DNA of 64,000 nt from Trichosphaerium sp. ATCC 40318 (Eukaryota > Protista > Tubulinea): assembly GCA_038496445.1 (NCBI GenBank), contig JALMLS010000064.1, positions 1-64,000 on the forward strand, given 5' to 3'. How positions within the stretch are numbered: the stretch's first letter is position 1; each line of letters opens with the position of its first letter. This document shows positions 26,124 through 39,724 of this stretch, one piece after another. The notes below the pieces were generated by a model. The model saw only the letters and a program-made list of their open reading frames with translations. It had not been told where the DNA came from and did no database searches. The translations under genes were made by a program, and so were the position numbers.

Positions 26124-29100
26124 ATGCATCAAATCCGCTTATTATGTATTTTCCTTGCGTTTTATGGACTATCAAAGGCTTTCCCAGGTTAGACGAAAGA
26201 TTTCTAAACACAAACACAAATCTCGAGTTCTTTGTTTAACAATCGTTTTTAGTCGAAGGAGAAATGGTTCGGTGCATTGGAACTACAGTACCGCCTCCTG
26301 CTACAAATATTTTTTCTCCAGTAGATGTAACGATAAATAATACGCTTATCGAGATAGTACAAGGTTCATTTCGGACTGTAGACTTAACAACAACAAAAAC
26401 AATAATTCATTACTTTTCCCCAGCTACAACTGTAGCTTTAAGCGCTTTGTACACTCAATTAACGTTTACAAACTACAGACCTAGACGTACGCTAGTATTT
26501 TAATCGAAAACTCGACTGCAACTCCTTTTTTCGGCGCCAGTTGGTTTTTTTTTTATGGATTCCGCGTTAAAGACTGTTCCTGACTGACCTTAGTATCAAC
26601 AATTGGTCTTTCAACTTTTCCACCAGCTATCGCATCACAGATAACACTCAATTTTACTGGAGTCAATAGAATGCTGTACGTACATTGCAAAACAACAATT
26701 AATGTACTTGACACAATTTTGGGTCCACACAGTTGTTCTAATTTAGTCTAATCAACAAAAACATAATTTTAACTTTTTCGCAGAATATTCATACCGAGCA
26801 TGAATTTACAGTTAGGAGACGACTTTACCCTTGAAGTAAACTTTGGAGATCAAGCACCTACTCCTCCGCCTACTTTGCCACCTACAGAAGCCCCAGCACT
26901 AAACCCTGCAATACGTAAGCTTAGCAACACAGAAAACTGTTCTTTGAAACAGATCGGGTTTGCAACTCGCTTTTTTTTACAAGTAACGTTTGCACATTTG
27001 GTATAGTTTTGTAACATTGTATCTTGTAGCTGAGGGAACACCTGTGACTATTAAGTTAGCTTTCTCTGTTATCCCTAATGATAACCTTTTTGCTGTTGGA
27101 CCAACGACTGTATCAAGAACAGAGATAGAAGGCCAATATATAAACGGATGCCTTAACATTAGAACGGATTTAACGGAGACTAAATTAGTAATTCTAGCCT
27201 CTTGTTTCGACGGGTCTATCTCTACAGTTGGTTTTATATTCACACAAGACTTTGATAACTTTGATCCAGTCGGTAAGCTCAAACAAATGACAAAAACCAA
27301 AACCCTTTCGGTGCTAGCACTAACCTTGTTTTAGGTTGGACAAAAATACTTGATACGTACGACTTTACAGTCACCATATCAAATCCAGAAGTAAACAAAA
27401 TTGTGTACGTTAGACTGATGGATACACTATTACCTATCCATTATTTAAGGAGTAACCTTTTGTTGAATGGATCAACGTGTTATTAACTCAAGTGTTTAGA
27501 GTAGAATTTCCTGCAAATAGCTGGAATGATGGCGATGATTTCATCATCGAATTACTGTTCCCACCTGCAACTACCTTACCTCCAACAATTCCAACTACAA
27601 TAGCACCAACTACAATGGCACCTACTACAATAGCACCAACGACAGAAGCACCAACTACAATAGCACCAACTACAGAAGCACCTACTACAGAATCGCCAAC
27701 AACCATGCCACCTACAACACAACCACCTACAACTATGGCTCCAATAACCACCTTGCCTCCAACTACTGCCTTCCCAACTACAATAGCACCAACAATGGCA
27801 CCTACCCCTTCTTACTCCGTAGTTGGGACTGACTTTACAACGATTTGCGAAGGATGTTACAAAGACATGTTTGCAGGCCAGTTCAACTACTGTAATGGTT
27901 TCTATGCTGGTTCAACAATAACCACGTGTGAATGGACAGGTGGTCCAGGATTTTGCACTTTCCCTCCTAATAGAAGTATAACTCAATCAGAATGTCAAGC
28001 ACTATGTGACGCTGATACTCGTTGCCGATATTACAAGATCTACTTTGATAGTATATGTAACCTGATCTTTATGGAGCAATGCAACTTAGTTTTTGATGGC
28101 ACTGCTGGCAATATATTTGCTAAAATTATACCACCAACAACACTCCCACCCACTACACTCTCGCCTACAAACGCACCTACTACATCCGCGCCTACAGCCT
28201 CTACACTACAACCTACATCGGTTCCACCAACGATGATTCCAACAGCCGCACCTGTGGAAGAAATTATAGTGGGTACGTCTGATTAGGTTGAACCTAATTG
28301 CACACTAACTTTTTCTACTCAGCTGAAGGAACACCTGTAACCATTTCGATGCGTGTCAGTCCTACTGGTGTTGCCAACTTTTTTACACCTTCGAGTGTTA
28401 CTATTAGCAACACTGAGGTAGAAGGAGAGTATGTTGGTGGTCCTGGAACATTTACACTGGATTTGCTTACAGATAGAGTTGTACTTACGTACAGCGTTTC
28501 TGGAGGAAATCTTCGTGTCGCTGATCATTACTTTAAAGCAAGCTTTGAAGACTACAGGCCATTTGGTACTCTATCAACTAAACAATCACCTACTAATTAT
28601 TCTAATGTAGCATCAAAACTCGGAGACAACACATTCCCGTCGTCTGTATTTTTAACATTCCCATCATCAAAGGAATTACAGTATGTGGCATATAGCCTAG
28701 GCTGCATTTTTCTTCAAAGTTGGCCTCGAATTAATTAACACTTTTCTAGGCTCTTTGTTCCAAGTGCTGTCTACCCAGATGGAGTAGTATATAGTGTAGA
28801 AGTAATGCTTGTAACGCCACCACCTACACCTGTGCCAACAGTGGCACCAACAGCTCCACCAACACTCGCTGTAGTGTCTTTTCCAAAAGTAAACAACTTT
28901 ACCTTTTTGTTGCCTCAAACCAGACTAACTTCTTTGTAGATTCTTCCTCGATTCGAGTGTGTTGAAGATAACAACGATGGGACTTTTACAGCGTACTTGG
29001 GTTGGACGACTGATGTACGTCATATCAATACATAGTAATAACTTTGAGTAATGGCTAATAATACACTAGGAAACCGAACTAACTGTACCTTTGGGTTCGG

Positions 29101-29914
29101 ATAACTTTGTATCTCCTACACCTAGTGTAGATCCTCCAACAATGTTTAACGGATCATCACCTTTCTACCCTAGTACTGAATTATACGCAATGGTTTACAG
29201 CGGAGGATTGGCAACATGGACTTTAGGAGTAAGCACACTCTACCTAGATATCAACCTTTAGCCTATGTCGTCTAATATTAAACCTAGAGTGGTGTCGTTG
29301 CGTTTGAATCTGGGGATTTCAATACAACATGCAGGAATCTAGGTAAGAAAGAACACGTGTTAGATCTAACTGGTTTTTAAGATATCAAACTTGGTATTAA
29401 AATATCAGATCCTTTTCCTGCACCTGAGTCTGTAGTAAACAGGACAGCTCAAGCTGTACTTGATGAACTAATGACCAACAATACAAGGGTCAATATATCT
29501 CAGAAACCAACTGAAGGATCAAAACGTCAAGCGAGTACAACTGTTGTACTCACGTTCTCAAACGCACCAGATGGTTTGTCACAAATGCAACACTAACATT
29601 CTGCATTTCTAACTACTATGTAGCTCCTGATACTGAACCTCTAATCGCTGAGGTAATTACAGCCTATTTGGATAATCCAATCGCTGTTGAAAGAACAGAA
29701 ACAACAATCACTGCAAACGGACAAGTGCTTACAGTATGTTTTTGGTTTGGGTGTTTTTTTTGTGAATACTTATTGTCATTTTTAGAGTCCACTTGGAGCT
29801 CTAGCACCAACTTTGGAAACGGAAACAACACTACGTGTAGCACAGATAAGTAGTAGTGCTAAGTTAGCCAAACAAGTTTTTATAGCAATTGTACTTGCTT
29901 TCCTTTGTTTATAG
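26124..29914 (+). CDS. large secreted/GPI-anchored mucin-like protein with three repeated beta-rich domains, a Cys-rich (PAN/apple-like) module and PT-rich linkers
   Basis: Signal peptide [19 protein letters not shown]; repeated EG(T/E)xV..N(I/L/F)F..TI..TE(I/V)EG units; [16 protein letters not shown]; [20 protein letters not shown]; ends [24 protein letters not shown]. Confidence 0.75.
27563..27810 (+). repeat. coding 15-nt tandem repeat (PTTxA pentapeptide)
   Basis: Units such as CCAACTACAATAGCA and CCTACTACAGAA translate as [15 protein letters not shown]. Confidence 0.85.
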
Positions 29915-30224
29915 TAAACAAGTCAAGATTATTATTACACAAGAGATGTACTTATTAGTAAATCCAAATAGTGGTGAAACGTAAAAAGCCACCCCAAAGA
30001 GCCATATGTAAATAAACAGCAAGTTGGTTTGTTTTCGTTTTTTTGTAAATCACGTGGGTTTTAAACACCACCAAGGGCCCTTTCAACCTATGTTTGTTCA
30101 AAATTGCTTGCTCTGCAAGTTCAGCAAGAATTGGAAAAACACACTGCGAGAGTGGGACTTGTGTTGACACACTGCGCAGAAATTTAAAAAAAAAAATAGC
30201 TACAAACACGTTCTTGGCTATAAC

Positions 30225-33031
30225 ATGGCGAGTAGAGATAAGGATAAGCTGGCACGCACTGTCTTGGCGTGGGCAACCGAATTGGGCTATGAAACACCAA
30301 AAGGAAGTTACCCGCCAAAACGCGATTTGACAGTACGTGATGTTAAAAGGCTATGCACGGATGATTTAGCTGGAGTATGGACGTATTTATCACGCTATGT
30401 ACTGCCTGAGCCGTAAGCGTTATTATAATTCCCAAAACACATCACTAACGCTGATTTAGCGTCGTAGAAGAAATACGTGACAACCTTAAGCTGTATCCTT
30501 CTTAAAACAAAAAAAATCGTTTAAAACCTGATTGACATATTTCTACTTAACACTAAAGATACCAAATACGCAGACGCGCCAAATTGGAACAAACCAAAAT
30601 TTCAAATTTAAAAAAACGCCGAGATGCGCTTAAAGCAAAGATACAAAGGGCAGATGATGATATACAGACACTAAGGAATGATATTAACCATACAAAGAGT
30701 CAAGTAGTAGACAAGGGTACACAGAATCCTTGAAATGAAAAAAAACAAAAAAAAAACAAAAAAAAATTTGCTGACAAAGAAACGTAGGATACGCCGTTAA
30801 ACGTGTTACGAATGATATCCAAGATCATGGACGTCAACGTATACTATCTGAGGCGTACTATAACCAAGTAGAACAGAGTGCTAACGTCTTGGGCGCCTAT
30901 GCAGACGATTTGGCTAAAATGTCTTCTGTGCCATCAAGTGACACTCATAAAATTGTTGATCAGGTACGACGCTCAGACACATCTTGTTGTATCCTAGTAG
31001 TACTTGCTTTTATGTGTTTATATCATCTAGAAAGCTATAGTTGATGCATGCACATCTTTGACACGGTTGATAGAAGAGTACCATGCATTATGCACAACAA
31101 GCAGTGACGGTAAGTTTTTTCTTTTGTTCTTATTCAAAAAAAAAAATCACATGCTGAGCCCTCGCTCTCTTGCTCATGGTTATTAATATAGGTGATAATA
31201 CAGTTGAGAATAAAAAGAAGGACATTGTACAACAAATGACCGCCATCTCAAAGGTTCGTCATTGACGTTTTGTTGTGCGATCCACTTTCTAACTTTTTTT
31301 TTTCGATGTAGAGAATCAACATGCCTCCTTCTGATGTTTTGGCCTACCTTGCAGAAATTACATCGTCTTCACTTTCTATGTTCGAGAAGGACGCTCAAGA
31401 GGGCGACAAACAACTTGATGACAAAAACACGTACGTTTATAATCACGTGGTTTAAACCAAACGTTTTGGTGTTCACTTTTATCTGTTTAAAGGTTGTCAC
31501 AAGTTTTGGAGGCTGATAGCGCCAAGTCTATGGATGTACTCTCTGCGCAATCTATAGAACCTCTGCAAACAGTGGAAGAGCTTATTTCTGCACAACATGC
31601 GCGTCACGTACAACGGCATTTGGAGACAGCCAAGATCAACGCTGAGACACAAACCTTAATGCAAAAATTCGATGATCTCATTGCACAAACACAAGGCGCT
31701 CCTAATACACCTGGTATCGTACCAGCTCACAGAGCTCTAGTTAGGTACAGTGTATTACAAATATTATAAACAATTGTTAGTATTAACACGTGACTTTTAA
31801 GGGAAGTACTCGATGTTCAATTGCGTGCTGAAGCAGAAGAGGTTAGTTTAAAAAATTCATCTTGGAGTTTGCTGGTTTTGCTTATATATTAAATAGGCTG
31901 CGTTCAAGGCATCTCAACAAGCTCTTAAACGTTACAGCAATCTTCCTGAACAAAATAAAGAGAAACTAGCTTTCTTACAACATAAACTGACTGAAATCGA
32001 AGCATTGAACTCAGCTAATGTACGAACCCAACTTACTTTACTCTTTATCAACTAGTACTAGTACTGAAATGTTTTGTTTTTTAATTCTAGGACGCTCTTC
32101 GTATTCGTTTATCACTCTTATCACAACAGAACGACCGTGCGACAAAGTCATTGATAGCAAAACAGAACGCTGCAAAGACATTTGTACAACAGCATATGAG
32201 ACCTCTTACCGACCAATTGAAGGATGGTTTTGAGCCTCTTCATGAGGCATTGAATGTTGCTAGTGATACCATAAAACAAGGGTCATTGGACAATGATCAT
32301 AAGGCCAAAAGAGAACAGTACGAGTCTAGCTTTAACAAAACAAAGAATCATCCCCGTTTGATAATTTATTGGGTTTTTTTAGGCTTCGTCTTGATGAGAG
32401 TACAGCGAGACAATTATATGATGCCACTGAGTTTCCATCTTGGAAATCCCAATGGGATTTCTTAAAGCACGTGAACGACATTAAGCGAAACAGTAAGCAC
32501 ATCAAAAATTTGTTGTTGGGGTTTTTTTTCTTTGAAACTTGTTTGTATTAATCATTGCGTTAGTTGCCTCCATGACATCGACATGTAAACTTGCAGATGA
32601 TGAACGCGAGGATATGAAACAGGGTAATGCTGGTACTTGGTTAGAGGTACGCACCTGACTATCTGTTTTGTGATTTTCTAAGTTAACTTCTTTCAATAGA
32701 CCTCTAACATTACAATGCTCGAAAAACAAGTTGTGGCTCTTGAGAATGCTCAGAACTCTGCATGGCTATCAAGCCTTAAAAAATCTCTTATGGAAGCTAC
32801 ACGTGCTTTAAAGTATTGTACTACACTTGAAGAACTCTGTGACGACTGGTAAGCGCTCTTTGTGACTTTTTTTCCATTTTTTTTACCTCATGTGGTTTTT
32901 TTGTTCGTACTCATTTTTTGTACAAAAGGTGGAATCAGCCAGCGCAACATCATGTTCAATGGGTTAAAGTAGATGATAAATCGTTCGGACAGTGGTTGAG
33001 TGAATGGAAGAAGTTATGTCATAACTTGTAG
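30225..33031 (+). CDS. HAUS5: augmin complex subunit HAUS5
   Basis: N-terminus LAWATELGY..VKRLC..LAGVWTYLSRYV..VEEIRDNLKLY and C-terminus WWNQPAQ..VDDKSFGQWLSEW match the HAUS5 end motifs; coiled-coil middle. Confidence 0.85.
30493..30558 (+). other. U12-type (minor spliceosome) GT-AG intron, phase 2, 66 nt
   Basis: Donor GTATCCTT; branch-site-like TTCTACTTAAC at 30541-30551, ending 7 nt before the end of the AG; no polypyrimidine tract. Splicing gives IRDNLKLYQ. Confidence 0.8.
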
Positions 33032-33486
33032 TATAGTACTATCACGAGTTAACCTGTCAAATTGTAGCAACAAAAAATAAAATTGTTTAAAGTAGAAAAA
33101 TTCCATACTATCGCGGTAGTCAAATAGTTTTATGAATTTGGGACATATCACACCTATGAGTACTCTTGAACTCGCGCCAAAACAAAAACTGATGGACTGT
33201 AGCCACAACTACTTTCCACATGTGCTCAACGACTGTTGGCTTCTTTAGTTGAACAAATATGAAGCAAAACAGATTCTGCACCATTCGATCTGTTGATCGA
33301 ATTCCTACTCATCAATATGACATTTTAAAAGTGCTGTTTTTAGGTGTTTGATAGTGTGTTATTAACAATAATTTGTACTCTTTGAACAAGCCAACTCAAT
33401 CAACCATTTGTTTCTGTAGCTATTCAGAAAAAAAGTCTTTTACATTCAAAACCTCACATCTATACAACAGCAGCAACTGATAAACT

Positions 33487-34171
33487 ATGACGCAGCCACC
33501 TGCAAAAAAGGTACATGCACTTACACTTAATAATAGCTAACTGGCGAAAAAGATACTAGCTACTCATCATAGTCAGCCACTGTCAATTCTTGAACTGCCT
33601 GTGGAGTTACATCTTATTTTGACGGAAAAAGATCCAATAGTGTATAAAAATTGGACAGCGTTATCAAAGTTTACCGTGATAACTACAAGGTTTGACGCAA
33701 ATCTTCAAAAACATGGAAAATGGAAACGGTTTAAAAACAACTCAATCAAAATCCAAGAATCTTGGGAACAAGGAGTAAAATACGGAGATAAAAAAGTGGC
33801 ACGAAAATGGCCTATTGAAAATGCGTTATAATTATGCCAATGGCCTTCGGGAAGGAGAGTATAAGGAGTGGCACGCCAATGGACAACTGGCATTGTATTG
33901 GAATTACGCTCATGAGCAAAGACTACACGGACGTTGTCAGACGTGGCATGAAAATGGTGCCATGGCCTCACAGGGCACATATGTTAATGGCAGCCCCGAA
34001 GAAGAACATCTAGAGTGGGACGAGTACGGAAATAGCCTTGATATATCATGTTAAAAGGGTGGTAAGCTTCATGGTAAGTGCATAAAGTGGTGCGAAGACG
34101 GGGAACAACACGTTCGTTTCTGTGAAAATGGTCTCATTGCAGAGATACAAGTTATTAAAAGTGACACTTGA
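33487..34171 (+). pseudogene. F-box-like + MORN-variant (YwqK-like) repeat protein with a frameshift and an in-frame stop
   Basis: MTQPPAKK|..ILELPVELHLIL; repeats GEYKEWHANGQL and GRCQTWHENGAM; frameshift at ~33790-33797; TAA at 34052-34054 inside C*KGGKLHGKCIKW. Confidence 0.7.
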
Positions 34172-34291
34172 AACACTCTTAAACGTTTCAACTACTATCA
34201 TTGTCATAACGTAAGTAACTTACTGGGTAAGTTAAATAAACTATAAGCCACTTAGTGGCGAACAAAACAATTATCTGAACTAAGTTGTCAA

Positions 34292-34323
34292 GTTTGTTTG
34301 TTTGTTTGTTTATTGTTTATTGT
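34292..34323. repeat. (GTTT)n microsatellite, read as an (AAAC)n tail on the minus strand
   Basis: gtttgtttgtttgtttgtttattgtttattgt. Confidence 0.8.
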
Positions 34324-34886
34324 CTGGGTTGACTTTCAGGGCGCAGATAAGGCCACTATAGAAAAGACGCCACCACCCGAGATGGCTACTAAGCGCCCAT
34401 TCTCTTTGTGTTACTAAACAAACATGCTCGTACTTACGAGATGTTGTAGACGCTACCCAGTCTGTAAAGGTGAGGCTATGTCTCATATGTTAATTTTTCT
34501 TAATTATATTAACGATGCAGGATTCTATGCACAAGTATGAGGCGTGCGACATATTACCTAGGGAGTACTTAGACATTAATAAAAAAACAAAACTTGAAGA
34601 TCCAATCACAACTCTTTTAATCTATAGCCTTAAAATAAAGTCACTCTTTACCATGCACTTAAGTTTACAAGATACTCCATGTCTTTGTCTAGATAATGAG
34701 TTATTGTTGTTTGATAATTATTATGGCACAAATCTGTCAACTAAATACTTAGACGTCATTTTCAGGAATAACTAGAGATGGAAGAAGGTCAAGAGAAGGC
34801 GAGGTGACGGGCAGGAGACTAATGAGTGAGGGGTGTAGATTGGTAGATAGGGGCGGAGTAGACTATGTAAATGGTGTCGCAGGTTT

Positions 34887-35018
34887 TTATGCCAGGGGCT
34901 TTTCCTGCAAGGGGGTTTTTCTATAATTTGTCTTTTTCAATTTTAATATGATAGGCTCTAGGTGTGGGCATAACGTCACTAACAGCTCAGGTGGAAGACC
35001 GGTTAAATTGGACGCCAT
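34887..35018 (-). pseudogene. truncated F-box-like ORF
   Basis: MASNLTGLPPELLVTLCPHLEP followed by unrelated sequence and a stop after 43 aa. Confidence 0.45.
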
Positions 35019-35377
35019 GTTTACAGTGTTAGTTACCAGCACGTGACTTTGTACAATTCTGTGAACTTTTTTTAAGTCAAAACTTGTTTACTATGGCCTT
35101 ACGAATATTTTTAACGCATGTTCAAGAAAGCGTCATTGTATAGCACAATATGATCTTTTCGGGGCTCTAGTGGTATGCTCAAAATTACACCATGACAACT
35201 CTACAACTTCACTACAATAAAGTTAATCTAGAATGGCAATATTCCAATGCCCAATTGGTTGTAGACAACAAGCCCAAAGTTGCTGCCGAAAAACTTGAGC
35301 ACTTGTTATTTTTGGTGAGTTTTATTATTTACAGTTCGATTTCATTTCGGTTTTGTTTTTACACACGTGTTCAGTAT

Positions 35378-37399
35378 TTAACATTTTTGAAGTCTCGTTA
35401 TTGTCCCTTTGAAGCTTTCTGATGACGACGAAGACTCAGGATCAGCAACAGTTTTTGATGACAACTTGGTGCTCGTGATTGGCGTTGTTGTTTCAGAGTG
35501 GCTATCATCGTCATCACTATCACTTGAGCTATCGCTAGCGCTGTCAGAACGAGTTGGAATGCCACTATCCGCGTTTGTAGAATCATCATCGTCGACACTA
35601 ACATTCTCGAGCATCTTGCTCTTCTCCTCTGTCTTCGGCGCAAAGTAATCACCCAAAAGCAATAAAGGTCCCGTCATACCCGTTGAAACTACAGCTAGAG
35701 ATACTAGAGCAACAACACCGCCATCGCCTATCAACCCAATCTCGGTGCCTTTCAAGCTGATAATAAGTACCAACAAACCCCGACAATTCAACAAAGCTGC
35801 TGTCTTGAAGGCCGTGTACCACTTGAAACCACTTAAACGAACGATAAAAGTAAGTGACAGCTTACTCAATACACCAAATAGAATAATGACAACGATACCA
35901 GGGAGGTGTGATGCCTTTAATAGTCGAAAATTTGTCTTGAGTCCACTGAAAGCCAAAAATATAGGTAAAAGGTACAACATTGTAAATCGCTTCACGATTG
36001 CAAGAGTCACTCTAATGTTACCTCTAAATGGTGGGAAAAGTACGCCGAATATAAATGGACCAAGTAGGTAAGTAAAGCCGAGGTAATTAGAGGCTACACC
36101 GGCAAGTGTTGCACTCACTGTTATGAATACAATAACGTCTGTGTAATTCTCCATTTTCGACGCCTCAAACTTTTCAATTTTGATCAAGTACTTCCAAACA
36201 TGATGTGCAATAAAGCTGAAAACGCCAATACCTAAAAACCCGAAGTATAAGTAAAAAGTAACAAACTACGCAAAACAAACTGAGATTTTTTTGAAAAGAA
36301 CGATTCAGACAAAAACACGTGATAGATTGACAGCTTACCGATCACACCCAAAAGACGTAAAGGAAGTATCCATAGAGGGTCTCCTTTATGTACAACATCA
36401 GCTATACCGAGCAAGCCAAACATTACTCTGTCAATAGGCGTAAGTGACACAACAGCTTTATTCAACCGGTAAAAAGAAATGAACGTACAAGGTGACCAAA
36501 GCAGACGCGCTAATAACAGTCCTTCCAAACTCAGTGTTCGTCTTCTTTTGCTCTTGAAGGATTGCTGCAGCCACTGGTAAAGCTGAAGTTGCCAACGCAG
36601 ATGCTAGTATAAACATAAAGGCGATAGTATTTCCTCCAGAGGCTGTAGTTCAAAGTGAGGTCATATTACATTGAATGGAAAAAAAACTTGTTTTATCACA
36701 AAAGTTGGTTGTACCTATAAACCCTAAACTATCTGATCGCGATAGCCAGTATCCAATAGGTGCACCACCTATCCCTGGTATTAAAGAAGCAGCTAATCCT
36801 ATCCCAATTATTTTCAACCATTTGCCACTCATGGTCTTGTAGCTAAAGTTCACGCCGATCTAATGTAAAAAATTAGTTTCATTCAATAACAACTTACACG
36901 TCTGTTGTCAACACGACATTTTTAACCAGAGCTTTAAAATAAATATTAATAGCACCATCGAGTAACCAGTTACGCTATAAACACGAGAACGGAGGAACCA
37001 GCGGAAGCAAAACAGAAAAAGAAAAAAAAATTGGTGATTTTTATCCAAAAAATAAAAACTGAAATTGTGGCCACTTACAAGCAAAGAATAAAGTATAAGA
37101 CCTATAGTCCCGAAAACAGAAATAGTATCAACGTTTTTAGGTGGAAATAGGTCGTTGAAAAGGTCTACACCAAAAGTTGAAGGACCAAGAAGTAAACCTG
37201 CTAGAATTTCACCAATTACGCGTGGCTGACGTATAACGCGCTCAAACACCCAACCGCATGTTCTTGCGGCAAGCCAAATAACGGCAATGTTCAACACAAC
37301 GTGAGGCAAAAAATCTAGAGGACCATCGTCCGCTGTATCACAGGCTAAATCTGTTGCATTTAACGTAGAATTGAGAGTTGATGGAACTGTGATGTTCAT
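35378..37399 (-). CDS. CPA2-family cation/H+ antiporter (KHA1/CHX-like) with acidic Ser-rich tail
   Basis: RQPRVIGEILAGLLLGPS, SAFPVAAAIL, LLGPFIFG, LLPIFLAFSGLKTNF, ALLNCRGLLVLII; multiple TM segments. Confidence 0.9.
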
Positions 37400-37818
37400 T
37401 TAAACTACAGCACGTTAGTTTATTGTAGGCAAGCTCTGTAGAACAGTATCTAGTATGCGACAAGAGATTATAAAAGTTGTGGCGTTATTACCACACGGTT
37501 TTAGACGACATAACGAAATCATGGGGTACTAGCTTAATAATAACACTGGCGCGTACCTAGGATGTGTAAAGTGTACACTAGTTAACTAACAATGGTACTA
37601 GGTACTTCGTTGGTGTGTATTATGAAATAATGTCAAATTTCTGACAAAATGGCGAGCAATGACGAATAGCCTTTATTTTTTACTTCCGAATACGATATTG
37701 TAAGCACCACTGACAATGTTTCGAAGACAAACTTGTCGCTTAGGACGTTTTCATTGTTTTAAACAGTATTTCAACTAAAACGATTGTAGTTGTATGTAAA
37801 CGGTTTTATTTTACATAA

Positions 37819-39724
37819 TTAGGCGGATACAGATGAATCTGTGCCTACGGCACCTTCTCTAAATGCGTTTACCTCAGCTGCTTCCTAAACAAAAGCAATT
37901 AATCATTTGATTACTACCCAACAAAAACAAAACCAACACATACAATTTCATCGTATCTTGCTGTTCCATCACGTTGCACTTCAAGATATTTTGCGGCTCT
38001 AAAAAACACGGAGAATTAGCAACAAAAAAAAAACAGCTATGATCGTATTACCTGTATTTTTCTCTCTGTTTAGATAGATACAATAGGATCAAGTCAGTTA
38101 CGATAGTTGCAATACCAAGTAAAGCAATACCAGAACCTACACAGACGACAAGTCAGCTTGTAGCTCATTGTAAGACAATTATGTACCAAAGGCAAGTGTC
38201 AATTGTACAATGTCAAATTTGTGTCCTTCACCTTGAAGAACAACAATAATACGAGCACCAAATAATTTGTACAAATCCCTTAATATACAAATAAGCTTTC
38301 GTAAAACAGCACAAAGGACGTTATAATTACCTGTAATCTTTGAGGGTACCAGCTTCATCTTTCTTATATCTGTTGACATGACGGAAATTGAATCCTACTG
38401 ACTCACTACAATTCATGAGTTATTGTACAAACAGCTAACGGTCAAGTACCCAGCTTTTGGATTATCTAGTCTAACAAAAGAGAACTTTGGCAAACACTAC
38501 ATTGTAGAAGTTAATACGATATGCTGGCAGCAATGCTTAACTGACCTTATCTTTGCTCTGATCAAAGTTGCATGTCCAGTCCAAGAATACACCCAGGACA
38601 CCTCCATCTTGCTTAATATCGTCGAAAGTAAATCCAGATTCTTCTATCATATCCTTTAAGGAGAAAATATTGTATCCAAGCTCAACTTTATCGGCATTGT
38701 TCCTAGAAAAATGGTAAGCACTAAACAAAAACACATTTATTTTTTGACTGTCCATACCTCTCTATATTGTACGCAGTATATTTAACTGTACTACGAATGA
38801 ATACTGTAAAGTCCTCAACGCCATTCAAGAAGTTAGTGACGACATCTGGTTCTCCTTCTAGAGGACACCAAGTGTTAAGCTAAAATGACACATTTAGATA
38901 TTTGGTTTCTTAAACAAGTTGTACATTGCAATGTCCTGTTCCATTAACGATATTGGCGCAGAACCCTGGACTAGCAATAACACCATTGCTAGTAGACTTG
39001 AATGGTACACAGTCAGCGTTTGTTTTACATGTCTCTGACCTATGATCACCAGGACAAACAGACTGAGATTGTCCCTGTCTCAGCCAGAAATTTGTTGTTA
39101 AAAAAACAGCATTCGCTTCTTTTGGCGGGTACACTACAACAACAATTAATTATTGTGTAACACATTACTGACAATGTGTACCGACATCTTGGGCATCCCA
39201 TACATTGATACCTGGAGTAAAAAGAGTGAGAAGCTTCAAATGAAGTTGTTTGGTTGGTAACCTTTTAAAGGTGCTAATTCAGGGTTTGTGATATTAATCC
39301 AAGCGTTTCCCTTCACTTTGAGCTGAGTATGGCCAATAATAGGACTGGATCCTTGGTAGCCTACATTTTTTGCGTTAACAGTACCCGCTAAAATTTGGAG
39401 TATAGGAGTTAACAACGCAAGCATGCGTTGTCGAAAAGACTGCAACCGTTTTTTGACGTCTCAATGACAGAAAGCTTATTAACGTACCTTTTTGCCATAC
39501 GATAGTATAGCCGATAACGTAACTGATAATCAGAAGCTATAGTTGGGTTAAAACTCGAAAAACAACTACTGTTTGCCCGACCTGTATTAATCTGTGTAAA
39601 ATACCAAATCTAACGCTCTCTATACAGTTTGTTATGTTGTTGCAACTCAGTAACAAAAACAATGTGTACCGACAGCTACTAGCTTGAAAGTCTGGTAGTA
39701 GAATAAAGGCTTTATATACTGCAT
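37819..39724 (-). CDS. P2X: P2X receptor (ATP-gated cation channel)
   Basis: N-terminal YQTFK (YxTxK); TM1 RFGILHRLIQ..YVIGYTIVWQKGYQ; LKVKG; WDAQDVVYP; WCPLE; WTCNFD; FNFR; RDLYKLFGAR; TM2 GSGIALLGIATIVTD; C-terminal YRAAK. The start codon is the simplest ATG option. Confidence 0.93.

Noticed and set aside
34052-34054. In-frame TAA as evidence of a non-standard genetic code
   Set aside because: TAA, TAG and TGA all terminate conserved genes here (JMJD8, HAUS5, GRN), and the same gene also has a frameshift.
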